From: Patescibacteria group bacterium
GTDB taxonomy: Bacteria > Patescibacteriota > Patescibacteriia > GWA2-46-9
Direction: 5' to 3'
DNA length: 64,000 nt
Assembly (NCBI GenBank): GCA_041660005.1
Contig: JBAZXG010000003.1
Coordinates: 64,835-128,834, forward strand
The notes below the pieces were generated by a model that worked only from the letters and a program-made list of their open reading frames with translations, had not been told where the DNA came from and did not search any database. A program made the translations under genes and the position numbers. How positions within the stretch are numbered: the stretch's first letter is position 1; the number at the start of each line of letters is the position of its first letter. Below, one piece after another: positions 44,461 through 55,300 of the stretch.

Positions 44461-45669
44461 ATGACAGAGCCGACACTAGATAAGCAAACAAACAAGAGAA
44501 TTTTTGGATTGCCAAAAAATATTTTCTTTCTTGGTCTCACCAGCTTTTTTAACGACTTTTCTTCAGAGATGGTGTTCTCGGTTTTTCCTGCTTTTTTTAC
44601 GTCGGTTTTGAAAGCCGGTGCTGGCGCTCTTGGCTTAGTCGACGGCATAGCTGAAGGGTTGTCAAATCTTTTCAAAATTTATTCGGGGGCTCTCTCTGAT
44701 AAATTTCAAAACAGAAAGCAGCTCATCGTTATAGGTTACACACTTTCTGTTCTTACCCGCCCTTTTTATGTTTTGACGTCAGTCGTTTCAGGTGCTCTCG
44801 GACTTCGTGTTTTAGATAGGGTAGGGAAGGGGCTTAGAGACGCACCACGAGACGCAATTATTTCACTCTCGTCACCAAAAGAAGAACTCGGTAGGTCTTT
44901 TGGGTACCATCGCACCATGGATACACTTGGCGCAATTCTCGGCCCACTGGTCGCTTACTTTATACTCAAGAATTATCCACTGCGTTTTAGTGCGGTTTTT
45001 ACGACTGCTTTTTTTGTTGGCATCATCGCCATTGGTACATTATTTTTTATTTCTGACATTGCGTTACGTACCTCAAGCCGCCCCGTAAGTATTACTGATG
45101 TTTTTAAAAAAATACCACCAAAGTTCAAAATTTTCTTGTTCTCCATTTTTGTCCTTTCACTCGGCAGCATACCAATTGCCATTCTTCTTTTGAAAACGCA
45201 ATCGATTGGTTTAATGATCGCTGATATCCCGTTGTTTTATATGGTCTACAACCTGTCATACGCAGGGTTCTCAATAACAGCTGGTAGGGTGAGCGATAAA
45301 GTCGGTGCGAAAGCCGTTATCTTTGTTGGCTACGCCATTCTCTTGGTGAGTTATTTATTTCTTTACGAAGCAAACACTGCCTGGGTATTAGTTGCTAGTT
45401 TTTTTATTCTTGGCCTCTTTCCTGCGCTTACTGATGGCGTGCAGCGATCTTTGGCGGCGCAACTGACAACAGAAGAACTTAGGGGCGGTGCGCTTGGCCT
45501 TTTGAATGCTGCAGTTGGTATCGGTGCGCTTTTTGCCGGCGTTGGTGGTGGTTATTTATGGCAAGTATACGGCTCGGGATTTGCATTCTTCGCTGCTGGC
45601 GTTGCTATCGTTATTGGGCTATTCTTGTTTTTCTATTCAACGAGAACTGAAAATGCAGTTACAAACTAA
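44461..45669 (+). CDS. MFS transporter
   Basis: ATG at 44461 in ORF 44377..45669. About 12 TM helices and MFS loop motifs (GALSDKFQNRK, GRVSDKVGAK). Confidence 0.8.
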   Translation: MTEPTLDKQTNKRIFGLPKNIFFLGLTSFFNDFSSEMVFSVFPAFFTSVLKAGAGALGLVDGIAEGLSNLFKIYSGALSDKFQNRKQLIVIGYTLSVLTRPFYVLTSVVSGALGLRVLDRVGKGLRDAPRDAIISLSSPKEELGRSFGYHRTMDTLGAILGPLVAYFILKNYPLRFSAVFTTAFFVGIIAIGTLFFISDIALRTSSRPVSITDVFKKIPPKFKIFLFSIFVLSLGSIPIAILLLKTQSIGLMIADIPLFYMVYNLSYAGFSITAGRVSDKVGAKAVIFVGYAILLVSYLFLYEANTAWVLVASFFILGLFPALTDGVQRSLAAQLTTEELRGGALGLLNAAVGIGALFAGVGGGYLWQVYGSGFAFFAAGVAIVIGLFLFFYSTRTENAVTN

Positions 45670-45700
45670 CTCGTGCCCGTATTAAAAGTAATTTCAATGC

Positions 45701-46474
45701 ATGAAAGTCATTAATAAAAAAATTCCGTCAAGTCAGGGCAACCTTGCCGCGGTTGTGCATTACCCGAACTCAGTGACGGATAAGCTTGCAATACTTTGCC
45801 CTGGTTTTTTAGATACAAAAGATTATGCACATCTGGTTGCTTTAGCTAACGAGCTTAGTAAAGTCGGGTATACCGTTGTTCGATTCGACCCCACAGGAAC
45901 ATGGGAAAGTGCAGGGTCGATTACCGACTACACCACAACTCAATATCTAGCGGATATTAAAAGCGTTCTTGAGTACATGCTCCAGGAGCGACCGTACACG
46001 CACGTTTTTCTTGGTGGGCATAGTCGCGGGGGTTTCATGTCACTATTGTATGCAGCTCGAGACACAAGAATCAATAAAGTTTTAGGAGTTATGCCGTCTT
46101 CCGGACGCAGATATACAGAGGATGTTCGTGATGCATGGAAAACAACTGGCTTTTACATCTCAAAAAGAGATGTACCTGGCAGTCCGAGCGAGATACGTGA
46201 ATTTCGTGTTCCTTATTCTCATCTGGAGAACAGAGACCAGTTCAATATTTTTGAAGATGTCAAAAAGATAACTTCTCCAGTTGTTTTGATTGCAGGTGAA
46301 AGGGATACGTTAGTGTTGCCAGTAGACGTTAAGAAGATTTTTGACAGCGCCAATGAGCCAAAGAAATTTGTCGTAATTCCAAAAATTGGGCACAGTTACC
46401 GTCACGACGAAAACGAAATCAAGGTTGTTAATAACATCATCTTGGACGAACTTTTGACTGAACGCGTGGTATAA
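45701..46474 (+). CDS. Alpha/beta hydrolase
   Basis: Nucleophile elbow GGHSRGG, a later D (GERDTLV) and H (GHSY). Confidence 0.75.
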   Translation: MKVINKKIPSSQGNLAAVVHYPNSVTDKLAILCPGFLDTKDYAHLVALANELSKVGYTVVRFDPTGTWESAGSITDYTTTQYLADIKSVLEYMLQERPYTHVFLGGHSRGGFMSLLYAARDTRINKVLGVMPSSGRRYTEDVRDAWKTTGFYISKRDVPGSPSEIREFRVPYSHLENRDQFNIFEDVKKITSPVVLIAGERDTLVLPVDVKKIFDSANEPKKFVVIPKIGHSYRHDENEIKVVNNIILDELLTERVV

Positions 46475-46482
46475 TTAGACTC

Positions 46483-47379
46483 ATGAAAACACTACCTCGT
46501 CTTGGCCTTGGTACCTGGAAATCTGAACCCGGCAAAGTCGGCGCTGCCGTAACGCACGCCATAACGAATTGTGGTTATCGGCATATTGACTCAGCCGCAA
46601 TTTATGGTAATGAAAAAGAAATCGGCGAGGCATTAAGTAAACTATTCACGACAAAGACCATCACGCGCGAAGAATTGTTCGTTACGAGCAAGCTCTGGAA
46701 TAACATGCATAAAAAAGAACGGGTGCGCATGGCCTGTGAGAAAACACTAAAAGACCTACAGCTTGATTATCTTGACCTTTACCTTATGCACTGGGGCGTA
46801 GCTATGCCCGAAAGTGGTCAGTCCTTTGATGAGGAAGGTCTTCTTGTCACCGAAAAAACATCAATTCGCGAAACCTGGGAAGCTATGGAAGAGTTAGTTG
46901 ACGCTGGCTTAGTGCGGAGTATCGGCGTTGCAAATTTTACCGCACCGATGCTTCTCGATCTTCTAAGCTACGCCAGGGTTTTACCAGCCATGAACCAAAT
47001 TGAGTTGCATCCCTATATTCAGCAACCCGAGCTCGTTCAATTTTGCACTGAGAGAGGCATACAGGTGACTGCTTATTCACCACTTGGCTCACGGGGTAAT
47101 ACTGAAAAACGAGGATTGCCTTCGCCGCTCGACGACGCAACAATCATATCTCTTGCAAAGCAACACAATAAAACGCCGGCGCAGATTGCACTTCGCTGGG
47201 CAATTCAGCGCAAAACAATACCAATACCGAAAAGCGTAACGCCGAAAAGAATTAAAGAAAATTACGATGTCTACGACTTTGAACTATCAGAGAGCGACAT
47301 GCAAGCAATACGGCAAATAGACAAAAATATGCGGTTCATTGATCCGAGTTTATGGTGGAAAATTCCTTACTTTAATTAA
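46483..47379 (+). CDS. Aldo/keto reductase
   Basis: LGLGTWKS...GYRHIDSAAIYGNE...SKLWN...LMHWG are canonical AKR motifs. Confidence 0.9.
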   Translation: MKTLPRLGLGTWKSEPGKVGAAVTHAITNCGYRHIDSAAIYGNEKEIGEALSKLFTTKTITREELFVTSKLWNNMHKKERVRMACEKTLKDLQLDYLDLYLMHWGVAMPESGQSFDEEGLLVTEKTSIRETWEAMEELVDAGLVRSIGVANFTAPMLLDLLSYARVLPAMNQIELHPYIQQPELVQFCTERGIQVTAYSPLGSRGNTEKRGLPSPLDDATIISLAKQHNKTPAQIALRWAIQRKTIPIPKSVTPKRIKENYDVYDFELSESDMQAIRQIDKNMRFIDPSLWWKIPYFN

Positions 47380-47398
47380 TAGGTACTAACTTTACAAA

Positions 47399-48331
47399 AT
47401 GAAAAAATCTTCTATTGGAGCATTGCTCATCATGCTAGCTGCCGCGCTCTGGGCGCTTGATGCGCTCATTCGCACAACATTGACAACGACGATTCCATCA
47501 ACCTGGATTGTTTTTATTGAGCACTTTGTCGGTCTCATTGTTCTTTTGCCATTTCTCATTCGTGAGCGGAGTGTTTATAAAACGCTGACAGTAAAAGATT
47601 GGCTCGTTGCCGTTGGACTCACGCTCGTGAGCAGTGTATTCGGTACATTACTCTTTACACAGGCGCTGGCACTGAGTTTTGTGAACTTCGATTTTGCAAC
47701 GCCGGTACTCCTACAGAAACTTCAACCACTTTTTACCATTGCCGTAGCGGGGCTTTTCTTAAGAGAGAGAGTGAGTCTGCGTTACCTGTTCCTAGTGCCT
47801 GGTGCATTTATTGGCAGCTACATGATCAGTTTCGGGACTGAGCCGATTACGTTTCAACTGGCCGGAAAGGAACTCGTCTATGTTTTAGCTATTGGGGCTG
47901 CAGCTGCTTGGGGGAGCGGTACGGTGCTAAGTAAGTCCTTACTTAATAAAATGAACTATTCAGCAGCCACGGCACTTCGGTTTCTTCTTGCGATTCCGTT
48001 AAGTCTTGGTGTTGCCCTATATCTCGATCCGCATTATTCCGTTATGGGCTTGCAGTTTGCCGAATTGTGGCGTTTTCTATTGATTGCCCTGACCACTGGA
48101 GCTGGCGCAATTCTTATCTACTATCGAGGGCTGCGCCATACAACCGCAAGTGTGTCGACTATTGCTGAGCTGACGTTTCCCATTGTGAGCATTTTGATTG
48201 CCATAACCTATCTCAACCCCTATGGAGAGCCGCAGCACCTTACACTCGCCAATATTTTTGGTATACTTATTTTGCTCTCCTCCATCTTAGGCATTGGTTT
48301 TGATAGGGAAGCAGTTAAACAACATAGCTAA
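47399..48331 (+). CDS. EamA/DMT-family transporter
   Basis: 10 TM helices in two EamA-like halves; 310 aa. Confidence 0.75.
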   Translation: MKKSSIGALLIMLAAALWALDALIRTTLTTTIPSTWIVFIEHFVGLIVLLPFLIRERSVYKTLTVKDWLVAVGLTLVSSVFGTLLFTQALALSFVNFDFATPVLLQKLQPLFTIAVAGLFLRERVSLRYLFLVPGAFIGSYMISFGTEPITFQLAGKELVYVLAIGAAAAWGSGTVLSKSLLNKMNYSAATALRFLLAIPLSLGVALYLDPHYSVMGLQFAELWRFLLIALTTGAGAILIYYRGLRHTTASVSTIAELTFPIVSILIAITYLNPYGEPQHLTLANIFGILILLSSILGIGFDREAVKQHS

Positions 48332-48333
48332 TT

Positions 48334-48678
48334 ATGTATCTACTCTACCGATGGTTACTCAGCGCGGTTGCACTGCTCCTGGCAGCAGCAATTATTCCTG
48401 GAATACACGTTGATGGTTTGTTTTACGCGTTGATTGTTGCCCTCATTCTCGGTTTTGCGAACGCGATTTTGCGTCCCATTATTGTCTTACTGACCTTACC
48501 GATCAACATTTTAACACTCGGCTTATTCACTTTTGTTATTAATGGATTTCTTTTCTGGTTTGTGTCCATTGTTACCGAAGGTTTTGTCGTTGATAATTTT
48601 AGCAGTGCCTTTTTAGGGGCAATCATTGTGTCGGCTATCAGTTGGTTTGGTAGTAAAACATTACTTGCGGAAAAATGA
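48334..48678 (+). CDS. Phage holin family 4 (YvlD-like) membrane protein
   Basis: GFANAILRPIIVLLTLPINILTLGLFTFVINGFLFW is the typical Phage_holin_4_2 pattern. Confidence 0.7.
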   Translation: MYLLYRWLLSAVALLLAAAIIPGIHVDGLFYALIVALILGFANAILRPIIVLLTLPINILTLGLFTFVINGFLFWFVSIVTEGFVVDNFSSAFLGAIIVSAISWFGSKTLLAEK

Positions 48679-49124
48679 GGAGGCGTAAACTCTACGGATC
48701 CCTCGCGTTTATTTGTCTGTTGCTCATAGTTGGCGTCTCTCTTGTATGGACAACAACTCGGTTGCCGAAAGCGAGTGTCCTCATTAATGGCGAACGAGTA
48801 AATGTAGATATTGCAACAACGGAAGCGAGTCGTCAGCAAGGACTTTCGGGTCGTCAATCAATTGGACCAAACAATGGGATGCTTTTTATTTTTGAGTCTA
48901 CGGGTCGACCAGGAATCTGGATGAAAGACATGCGGTTCGCTATCGACATTGTTTGGCTTGATGATACTTGGCTGGTCGTGGACAGCACAAAAAACGCTGC
49001 ACCCGCGAGTTATCCAGAAATTTTTGAAACCAAAATGGATGCCCGTTATGTCTTGGAGCTACCCGCCGGATGGCTCGACCGTCATAATGTAAAACTTCTT
49101 GATCACGTTTTGTTGATTCCGTAA
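48675..49124 (+). CDS. DUF192 domain-containing protein
   Basis: QGLSGR...GMLFIF...WMKDMRFAIDIVWLD...VLELPAG is the DUF192 pattern. Confidence 0.75.
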   Translation: MRRRKLYGSLAFICLLLIVGVSLVWTTTRLPKASVLINGERVNVDIATTEASRQQGLSGRQSIGPNNGMLFIFESTGRPGIWMKDMRFAIDIVWLDDTWLVVDSTKNAAPASYPEIFETKMDARYVLELPAGWLDRHNVKLLDHVLLIP

Positions 49125-49151
49125 AAAAATAAAATAGAATAAAATTTAGGT

Positions 49152-50834
49152 ATGCCAATCATTTTTATACAACTCAGCGCAGTTTTGTGCATCGCTACCC
49201 TTGTTTCGTGGCTGATGAAGCGGCTCGAGCAGCCGCTGATGGTCGGTTACATTCTTACCGGTATCATTATTGGGCCAGCTCTTCTTGGGTTGGTACACCA
49301 ATCAGATGCCATTGAAACGTTTGGAAAAATCGGTGTTGCCTTTTTACTTTTTCTCGTTGGTCTTCGGTTGAAGCCAAAGATGATTCGCGAGGTGGGAATG
49401 ATTGCTTTGTTGACCGGCCTCGGTCAAATTGCGGTAACAGCTTCTCTTGGTTTTTTGTTGGCTCAGTCCCTTGGTTTTTCGTTTATTCCTGCTCTTTATG
49501 TGGCTATTGCCTTCACCTTCTCAAGTACGATTGTTATTCTGCAGCTTCTGTACACGAAGGAGGAGCAGGACACATTGTACGGGCGCATCGCTACCGGCTT
49601 TATGCTGGTTCAAGATATTGTGGCCATGGTGCTTCTGCTTTTGTTATCGAGCACAGTCAAAAATGGAAGCATGAGTTTATTCATAGCCCTTGTTTTTGTA
49701 AAAGCGTTCGTCATCATTTTTTCAGTCTACCTTTTAACTGTTTACCTCATCCCAAAAATTGATCGTTTTTTTGCCGAATCACGGCAAGTGCTTTTTTTGT
49801 TTGCCCTCTCTGTATGTTTTTTGTTTGCCACCATTTTTTCGATTTTAGGTTTTTCTTTTGAGCTCGGTGCCTTTCTTGCGGGTGTCCTTCTTTCTGTCTC
49901 GCCGTACCATCGCGACATTGCCTCACGCATCAGTACGTTGCAGGATTTTTTTCTAGTGATGTTTTTCATTGTCCTCGGCACACAGGTCATTCCGGCGACG
50001 CTCGTTGGAAACTGGACGTGGATTATTTTGTTCTCACTCTTTATTCTGATTGCTGATCCCTTGGTTGTTATTTTAATCATGCGGCCGTTTGGCTACACCT
50101 TGCGCACCAGCTTTTACACAGGACTAACTGCGGCGCAAATTTCTGAATTTTCTCTTGTTCTTTTGGCTACCGGAGTGAATCTTGGTCATATCCCGGAAAA
50201 TATTTTTGGTCCAGCGACCATGGTGGCGCTCATAACCATATTTGCCTCATCGTACATGATTATGAATAATGAGCGAATTTACAATTTCTTTGAGCGCCCA
50301 CTCAAGTTCATTTTTGGTGTAGACGCAACTTGCGAAATACCTCAAGTGCTGCGAAAGGCGGACACGATTTTATTTGGCTGCCACCGACTTGGCTCCGGTA
50401 TTGTTGACGCACTGGAAACCATGCAAACAGATTTTTTTGTAGTCGACCATAACCCTGAAACGATAAAAATTTTGTCGCAGGGCAAAATTAAAAGCATATT
50501 TGGCTCAGCCGATGATGTTGCTTTTTTGGCTTCACTGCCGATTAAAAACGCACGTCTCATTATTTCAACCGTTCCAGAAGGGCAGGTTAACTTAACGCTC
50601 GTGAACTTTGTGCGCCAAATAAACAAGGATGCTGTTGTTATTTGCGTTTCCTATCACGAATCTCAAGCAGAAGAACTCTATGTCGCCGGTGCAACGTATG
50701 TTGTTATTCCCCCTTACCTTGGGAAACGCTACCTTATCGATCTTCTTAAAACACATCAATTTGATGACTCAAGCTACAGAAGAGAGCGACTAAAGCACCG
50801 AAAAGACCTTAAATATTTGAAAGAAATGCTGTAA
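49152..50834 (+). CDS. Cation:proton antiporter (CPA2/Kef-type) with C-terminal RCK/TrkA-N-like domain
   Basis: About 12 TM helices followed by the Rossmann-like ILFGCHRLGSGIVDAL...FVVDHNPE. Confidence 0.8.
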   Translation: MPIIFIQLSAVLCIATLVSWLMKRLEQPLMVGYILTGIIIGPALLGLVHQSDAIETFGKIGVAFLLFLVGLRLKPKMIREVGMIALLTGLGQIAVTASLGFLLAQSLGFSFIPALYVAIAFTFSSTIVILQLLYTKEEQDTLYGRIATGFMLVQDIVAMVLLLLLSSTVKNGSMSLFIALVFVKAFVIIFSVYLLTVYLIPKIDRFFAESRQVLFLFALSVCFLFATIFSILGFSFELGAFLAGVLLSVSPYHRDIASRISTLQDFFLVMFFIVLGTQVIPATLVGNWTWIILFSLFILIADPLVVILIMRPFGYTLRTSFYTGLTAAQISEFSLVLLATGVNLGHIPENIFGPATMVALITIFASSYMIMNNERIYNFFERPLKFIFGVDATCEIPQVLRKADTILFGCHRLGSGIVDALETMQTDFFVVDHNPETIKILSQGKIKSIFGSADDVAFLASLPIKNARLIISTVPEGQVNLTLVNFVRQINKDAVVICVSYHESQAEELYVAGATYVVIPPYLGKRYLIDLLKTHQFDDSSYRRERLKHRKDLKYLKEML

Positions 50835-50878
50835 ACTAACAGTAATAAGTAGTAAATAACAAATAACTGATTTACATT

Positions 50879-51979
50879 ATGCTAAATATCGTTTCCCACT
50901 CGCGAAGCGTTCGACCATCGCTCTACTTTGCTGCCGCGGGTTTTTTTATCGCCGTGGGTATATTAGTCAATGTTAGTCCCTTACGTTTATTGCGGGCAAC
51001 TGACACGCCGTCTCCTGAAGAATCAGCAATTGTGAGTATCATTGCACATTCGTTACCGAGTGTCGTTAGTATAGTCGGCGTACAGGACCAAGGTCAGACG
51101 AGTAGTGTTGTTGGTCGCGGTTCAGGTTTTGTTGTCAGCAAAGATGGCTTAATTCTCACAAACAAGCATGTTGTTGAGCAGCCGAACCTGACGTACCGCA
51201 TTTTTTTTGATGACGGTCGGAAATTCACCGCAAAGGTTGTAGCACGCGACCCATTGAACGATATCGCCATCCTTAAAATTCCTGGCAACAACTTTACGTC
51301 ACTAGCGCTTGGTAACTCAGACAATGTGAAAATTGGTCAAACAACGATTGCTATCGGCAATTCACTGGGAGCATACGAGAATAGCGTGACGAAAGGGATT
51401 GTTAGCGGTCTTGGGCGGTTTATCAATGCAAGTAATGATCTCACCGGTAGTACCGAGACGATCGAAGACGCTATTCAGACTGACGCTGCTATTAATCAGG
51501 GGAACTCCGGTGGGCCGCTTCTTAATTCGCGCGGAGAAGTGATGGGCATTAACACTGCCATCGTTTTACAGGGTAGGGGAGTAGGATTTGCTATTCCCAT
51601 TAACCTTGCTAAAAACGCCATTAGTTCTTACCAAAAAAACGGAAGAATTGTTGAGCCATACCTTGGTGTTCGTTACGTATCCATTAATGCAGAATTTCAA
51701 GAGACCAACAAACTACGCTACGACTATGGCGCCATGGTGAGCTCTGGCACTGATGCACGCTCGCCATCAGTGATAGCTGGAAGCCCCGCCGCGATTGGTG
51801 GACTGCAAGACGGTGATATCATCCTCAGTGTGAACAACGTGTTAATCCGTGGAAAAAATACGCTGCGTGACATTATTACAACGCATAAACCTGGTGATAA
51901 GCTAACGCTCGTGGTAGCTCGGGCTGGCAGTGTTTTGAACATAGTGGTTACGCTTGTTGAAGTTCCTGCAGCGCAGTAA
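50879..51979 (+). CDS. HtrA/DegP-family serine protease with PDZ domain
   Basis: Catalytic triad context TNKHVV, NDIAILK, GNSGGPLL, and a C-terminal PDZ (GLQDGDIILSVNN). Confidence 0.9.
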   Translation: MLNIVSHSRSVRPSLYFAAAGFFIAVGILVNVSPLRLLRATDTPSPEESAIVSIIAHSLPSVVSIVGVQDQGQTSSVVGRGSGFVVSKDGLILTNKHVVEQPNLTYRIFFDDGRKFTAKVVARDPLNDIAILKIPGNNFTSLALGNSDNVKIGQTTIAIGNSLGAYENSVTKGIVSGLGRFINASNDLTGSTETIEDAIQTDAAINQGNSGGPLLNSRGEVMGINTAIVLQGRGVGFAIPINLAKNAISSYQKNGRIVEPYLGVRYVSINAEFQETNKLRYDYGAMVSSGTDARSPSVIAGSPAAIGGLQDGDIILSVNNVLIRGKNTLRDIITTHKPGDKLTLVVARAGSVLNIVVTLVEVPAAQ

Positions 51980-53199
51980 TGGCAAAAAAAGTTCTTATCT
52001 TAGGAAGCGGTTTCGGTGCGGTTTACACCTATCGCGCCTTGCGAAAAGCATTCCGTACCGACAAGGAAATTACCGTCACTATTCTTGCCAAAACGAACTA
52101 CTTTTTATTCAGTCCAATGCTGCATGAAGTAGCGACGGGCGGGTTAGACCAACGTGATATCGTACAATCGATACGAGGCATATTGAACTGCTGCCAGGAT
52201 GCCTTTATTGAATGTGAGGTTAGTGGTATTAATGCTGAAACAAAAAGAGTTAGCACCAACAGGGGCGAGTTTTCCTATGATTATCTGGTTGTTGCGGTTG
52301 GTGCAAACGCATCCTTTTTTAATGTCCTTGGCGCCGCAGAGTTTGCGCTGCCCTTGAAAACTCTGCACGATGCGCTAGCTATTCGTTCCAAAATTCTGTC
52401 ACTACTTGAGGAGTCACTTTCAACAAAAGACCAGGAAGAACGTCGACGACTTTTACGCTGGGTTGTTGTTGGCGCTGGTCCAACAGGGGTTGAGCTTGCC
52501 GCTGAAATGGTGGAATTAGCTGAATCGTTCGCTAAGACTGCTCCAATGGGTACTAAATTTGAAATCGATACACAATTACATCAGTCAAGTAATCAGATAC
52601 TAGCAACCTTTGACCCTAAAGTGCAAAAAGTGGCCGCATCGGTTCTGAGAAAAAAAGGTGTAATCATAAATTTAAATAGCAAAATTATCGAGGTAAAGAA
52701 GAATGGCGTGACACTAGCAAGTGGAGAGTTTTTACCTGCGGGTGTCGTCATCTGGACAGCTGGAGTAGCAGCCGTTCCGCTCATCTGTAATCCAACGACT
52801 ATCCTGAATGACCGTCAGTGTATAAAAATTACGCAGTATTTAAACACTATAGAGTACCCAGAAATTTTTGCGGTTGGCGACGTTGCCTATGTACCCGGTG
52901 TCCCGCAAACGGCGCAGGCCGCCGTAGCTGAGGCCATAGTAGCAGGTAAAAATATTTTGGCTATGGTCAAAGACAAACCGCTTATTCCTTTTCACTTTAA
53001 AGAAAAAGGTACCCTTGTTTCGTTGGGTCAATGGAGGGCCGCCGGTATGCTCTATGGGGTTAAGATTGAGGGCAGATTTGCCTGGTGGCTATGGAGAACG
53101 ATTTATCTTTTTAAACTGATTGGCGTACGGAACCGCATTCGTGTTGCTATAGACTGGACGCTGAACCTTTTTTTCTTGAGAGATATATCGCAGATCTAA
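51979..53199 (+). CDS. Type II NADH dehydrogenase (NDH-2)-like FAD-dependent oxidoreductase
   Basis: Two dinucleotide folds, VLILGSGFGAVY and VVVGAGPTGVELAAE, plus GDVA near the C-terminus. Confidence 0.8.
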   Translation: MAKKVLILGSGFGAVYTYRALRKAFRTDKEITVTILAKTNYFLFSPMLHEVATGGLDQRDIVQSIRGILNCCQDAFIECEVSGINAETKRVSTNRGEFSYDYLVVAVGANASFFNVLGAAEFALPLKTLHDALAIRSKILSLLEESLSTKDQEERRRLLRWVVVGAGPTGVELAAEMVELAESFAKTAPMGTKFEIDTQLHQSSNQILATFDPKVQKVAASVLRKKGVIINLNSKIIEVKKNGVTLASGEFLPAGVVIWTAGVAAVPLICNPTTILNDRQCIKITQYLNTIEYPEIFAVGDVAYVPGVPQTAQAAVAEAIVAGKNILAMVKDKPLIPFHFKEKGTLVSLGQWRAAGMLYGVKIEGRFAWWLWRTIYLFKLIGVRNRIRVAIDWTLNLFFLRDISQI

Positions 53200-53325
53200 T
53201 CCGAGCGAGATTCACTGTGTTATGGCGCGTCAATTTTATGAATTTTTTAAAGCAATTGAGTTGACGAAAATGCTAATTTGGGTTAAACCTATAGGGCATT
53301 TATTTACCCGAACAGTCATTTTGCA

Positions 53326-53805
53326 ATGAATAATTTGGGCTCACAAGCTGTTTTAACGGAGAAGGGAAGGAAAAAGGCAGAGGAGGAGCTGTCATTGCTT
53401 ATAAATAATAAACGACCCGAAGTTTCTGAAAAAATTCGCACCGCTAAAGAAATGGGCGATATTTCTGAAAATGCTGAATATGCCGCAGCGAAAGAAGAGC
53501 AGAGCTTCAACGAAGCGAGAATCCTAGAATTACAAAATTTACTTAAGACCGCCGAAATTGTTACAAACACTGGGAGCGGAAAAAACAGTACGGTTAGTGT
53601 AGGTGGTACGGTGGTCGTTCGCGACAACGGAGGCAAAGAGCGAAGATTTACAATCGTCGGAGTTAACGAAGCGAACCCCAAAGAGGGAAAAGTAACCAAT
53701 GAGTCCCCGGTCGGACAAGCGCTCATTGGTCAAAAAAAGGGCGATACCGTTCAGGTTGAAACACCAAACGGAATAAAATCACTAACAATTCTTGAGATTT
53801 TGTAG
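53326..53805 (+). CDS. greA: Transcription elongation factor GreA
   Basis: LTEKGRKKAEEEL...AKEMGDISENAEYAAAKEEQ...SPVGQALIGQKKGDTV is the canonical GreA pattern. Confidence 0.9.
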   Translation: MNNLGSQAVLTEKGRKKAEEELSLLINNKRPEVSEKIRTAKEMGDISENAEYAAAKEEQSFNEARILELQNLLKTAEIVTNTGSGKNSTVSVGGTVVVRDNGGKERRFTIVGVNEANPKEGKVTNESPVGQALIGQKKGDTVQVETPNGIKSLTILEIL

Positions 53806-53811
53806 GTTACT

Positions 53812-55299
53812 ATGGCTGAACCACACGACGAGCTTACCGTAAGGCGAGAACGCTTGGAACATATTATTGCTAGTGGACTTGATCCTTATCCAAGTACCAG
53901 TAGCAGAACCCATGCTATTGACGCAGTTAAACAGGACTTCGATGCACTTCTAGCTGGAAAAGAAGTCGTTACTATAGCGGGTCGTGTTTTAGCCATACGT
54001 GAACATGGTGGCTCTACTTTTCTTTCCCTTAACGACGGGACGGGAGACTTGCAGGGCTACATGAAGCAGGATGTGGTTGGCGACACTAGTTATTTATTGC
54101 TTCAAGATTTAGACGTCGGCGATTTCATTGAAATAACGGGCACACTATTTATAACGAAGCGAGGCGAGAAATCAATTTTGGCCTCTGTTGGGCATCGTAT
54201 GCTCGCAAAATCCTTGCGACCGCTCCCAGAAAAGTGGCACGGGTTAGCGGATACTGAATTGAGACTCCGAAAGCGGTATCTTGACCTCATTGTGAACGAA
54301 GAGATGCGGGACCGCATGTATAAGCGCTCAGCAGTAATTTTGGCAATGCGAAATTTTATGAACAGTAACGGCTTTCTTGAAGTCGAGACGCCAACACTGC
54401 AGCCCATTTATGGCGGCGGTCTCGCTCGTCCATTTAAAACCTACCACAATACACTTAAAAGAGAGTTCTATTTGAGAATATCTGATGAGATGTACTTGAA
54501 ACGGCTCTTGGTTGGCGGCGTAGAAAAAGTCTATGAAATTACAAAAGTTTTCCGCAACGAAGGCATCGACAGAGATCACAACCCTGAGTTCACTATGTTT
54601 GAGTCGCAAACAGCATACAAAAATTACGAATGGGGGATGGACTTTTTCGAAGCTATATTCGAGCATGTGGCAACGTCCGTTTTTGGAAAAACAATAATTG
54701 AATACCAAGGAGTAGAGTTAAACTATAAGCGGCCATGGAAACGGGTGCGCTTTATTGATGCTGTTCAAGAAGTTACCGGCCTCGATGTTTCTAAATGCAG
54801 CACCCCAAAAATCGCTAAAGATGAAGTGAAGAAATTGTTACCAAAAGAACTGGCGGAAAAGCTTACGCCGCTCGAAACGGTGGGTGAAATACTGGCTTTA
54901 GCTTTTGAGGAATTAGTTGAATCCACTTTCATACAACCCACAATAGTTTATGACTACCCGGTTGAGGTTTCGCCACTGGCAAAGAAAACACCGGATAAAA
55001 AATTTGTAGAAAGGTTTGAAGCGTTCATTATGGGTAGTGAAGTAGGTAATAACTATTCTGAGCTCAATGACCCAGTGGACCTGGAAAAACGCTTTATTGA
55101 CGAGAAAAGGAAAGAAAAAGCTGGATTTACAGAAGCACACCAAACCGACTACGAATACCTGGAAACAATTCAGCATGGTATGCCGCCCGCTTGTGGTTTA
55201 GGAATTGGAGTGGATCGCATGATTATGTTCATGACGAACGCAAAGAACATTAAGGAGGTTATTCTTTTCCCAACGCTACGCCCTAAGGAAGACGAATAG
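53812..55299 (+). CDS. lysS: Lysine--tRNA ligase (class II)
   Basis: OB-fold N-terminus, RKRYLDLI, FLEVETPTLQ, FRNEG, GLGIGVDRMIM. Confidence 0.92.
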   Translation: MAEPHDELTVRRERLEHIIASGLDPYPSTSSRTHAIDAVKQDFDALLAGKEVVTIAGRVLAIREHGGSTFLSLNDGTGDLQGYMKQDVVGDTSYLLLQDLDVGDFIEITGTLFITKRGEKSILASVGHRMLAKSLRPLPEKWHGLADTELRLRKRYLDLIVNEEMRDRMYKRSAVILAMRNFMNSNGFLEVETPTLQPIYGGGLARPFKTYHNTLKREFYLRISDEMYLKRLLVGGVEKVYEITKVFRNEGIDRDHNPEFTMFESQTAYKNYEWGMDFFEAIFEHVATSVFGKTIIEYQGVELNYKRPWKRVRFIDAVQEVTGLDVSKCSTPKIAKDEVKKLLPKELAEKLTPLETVGEILALAFEELVESTFIQPTIVYDYPVEVSPLAKKTPDKKFVERFEAFIMGSEVGNNYSELNDPVDLEKRFIDEKRKEKAGFTEAHQTDYEYLETIQHGMPPACGLGIGVDRMIMFMTNAKNIKEVILFPTLRPKEDE

Positions 55300-55300
55300 T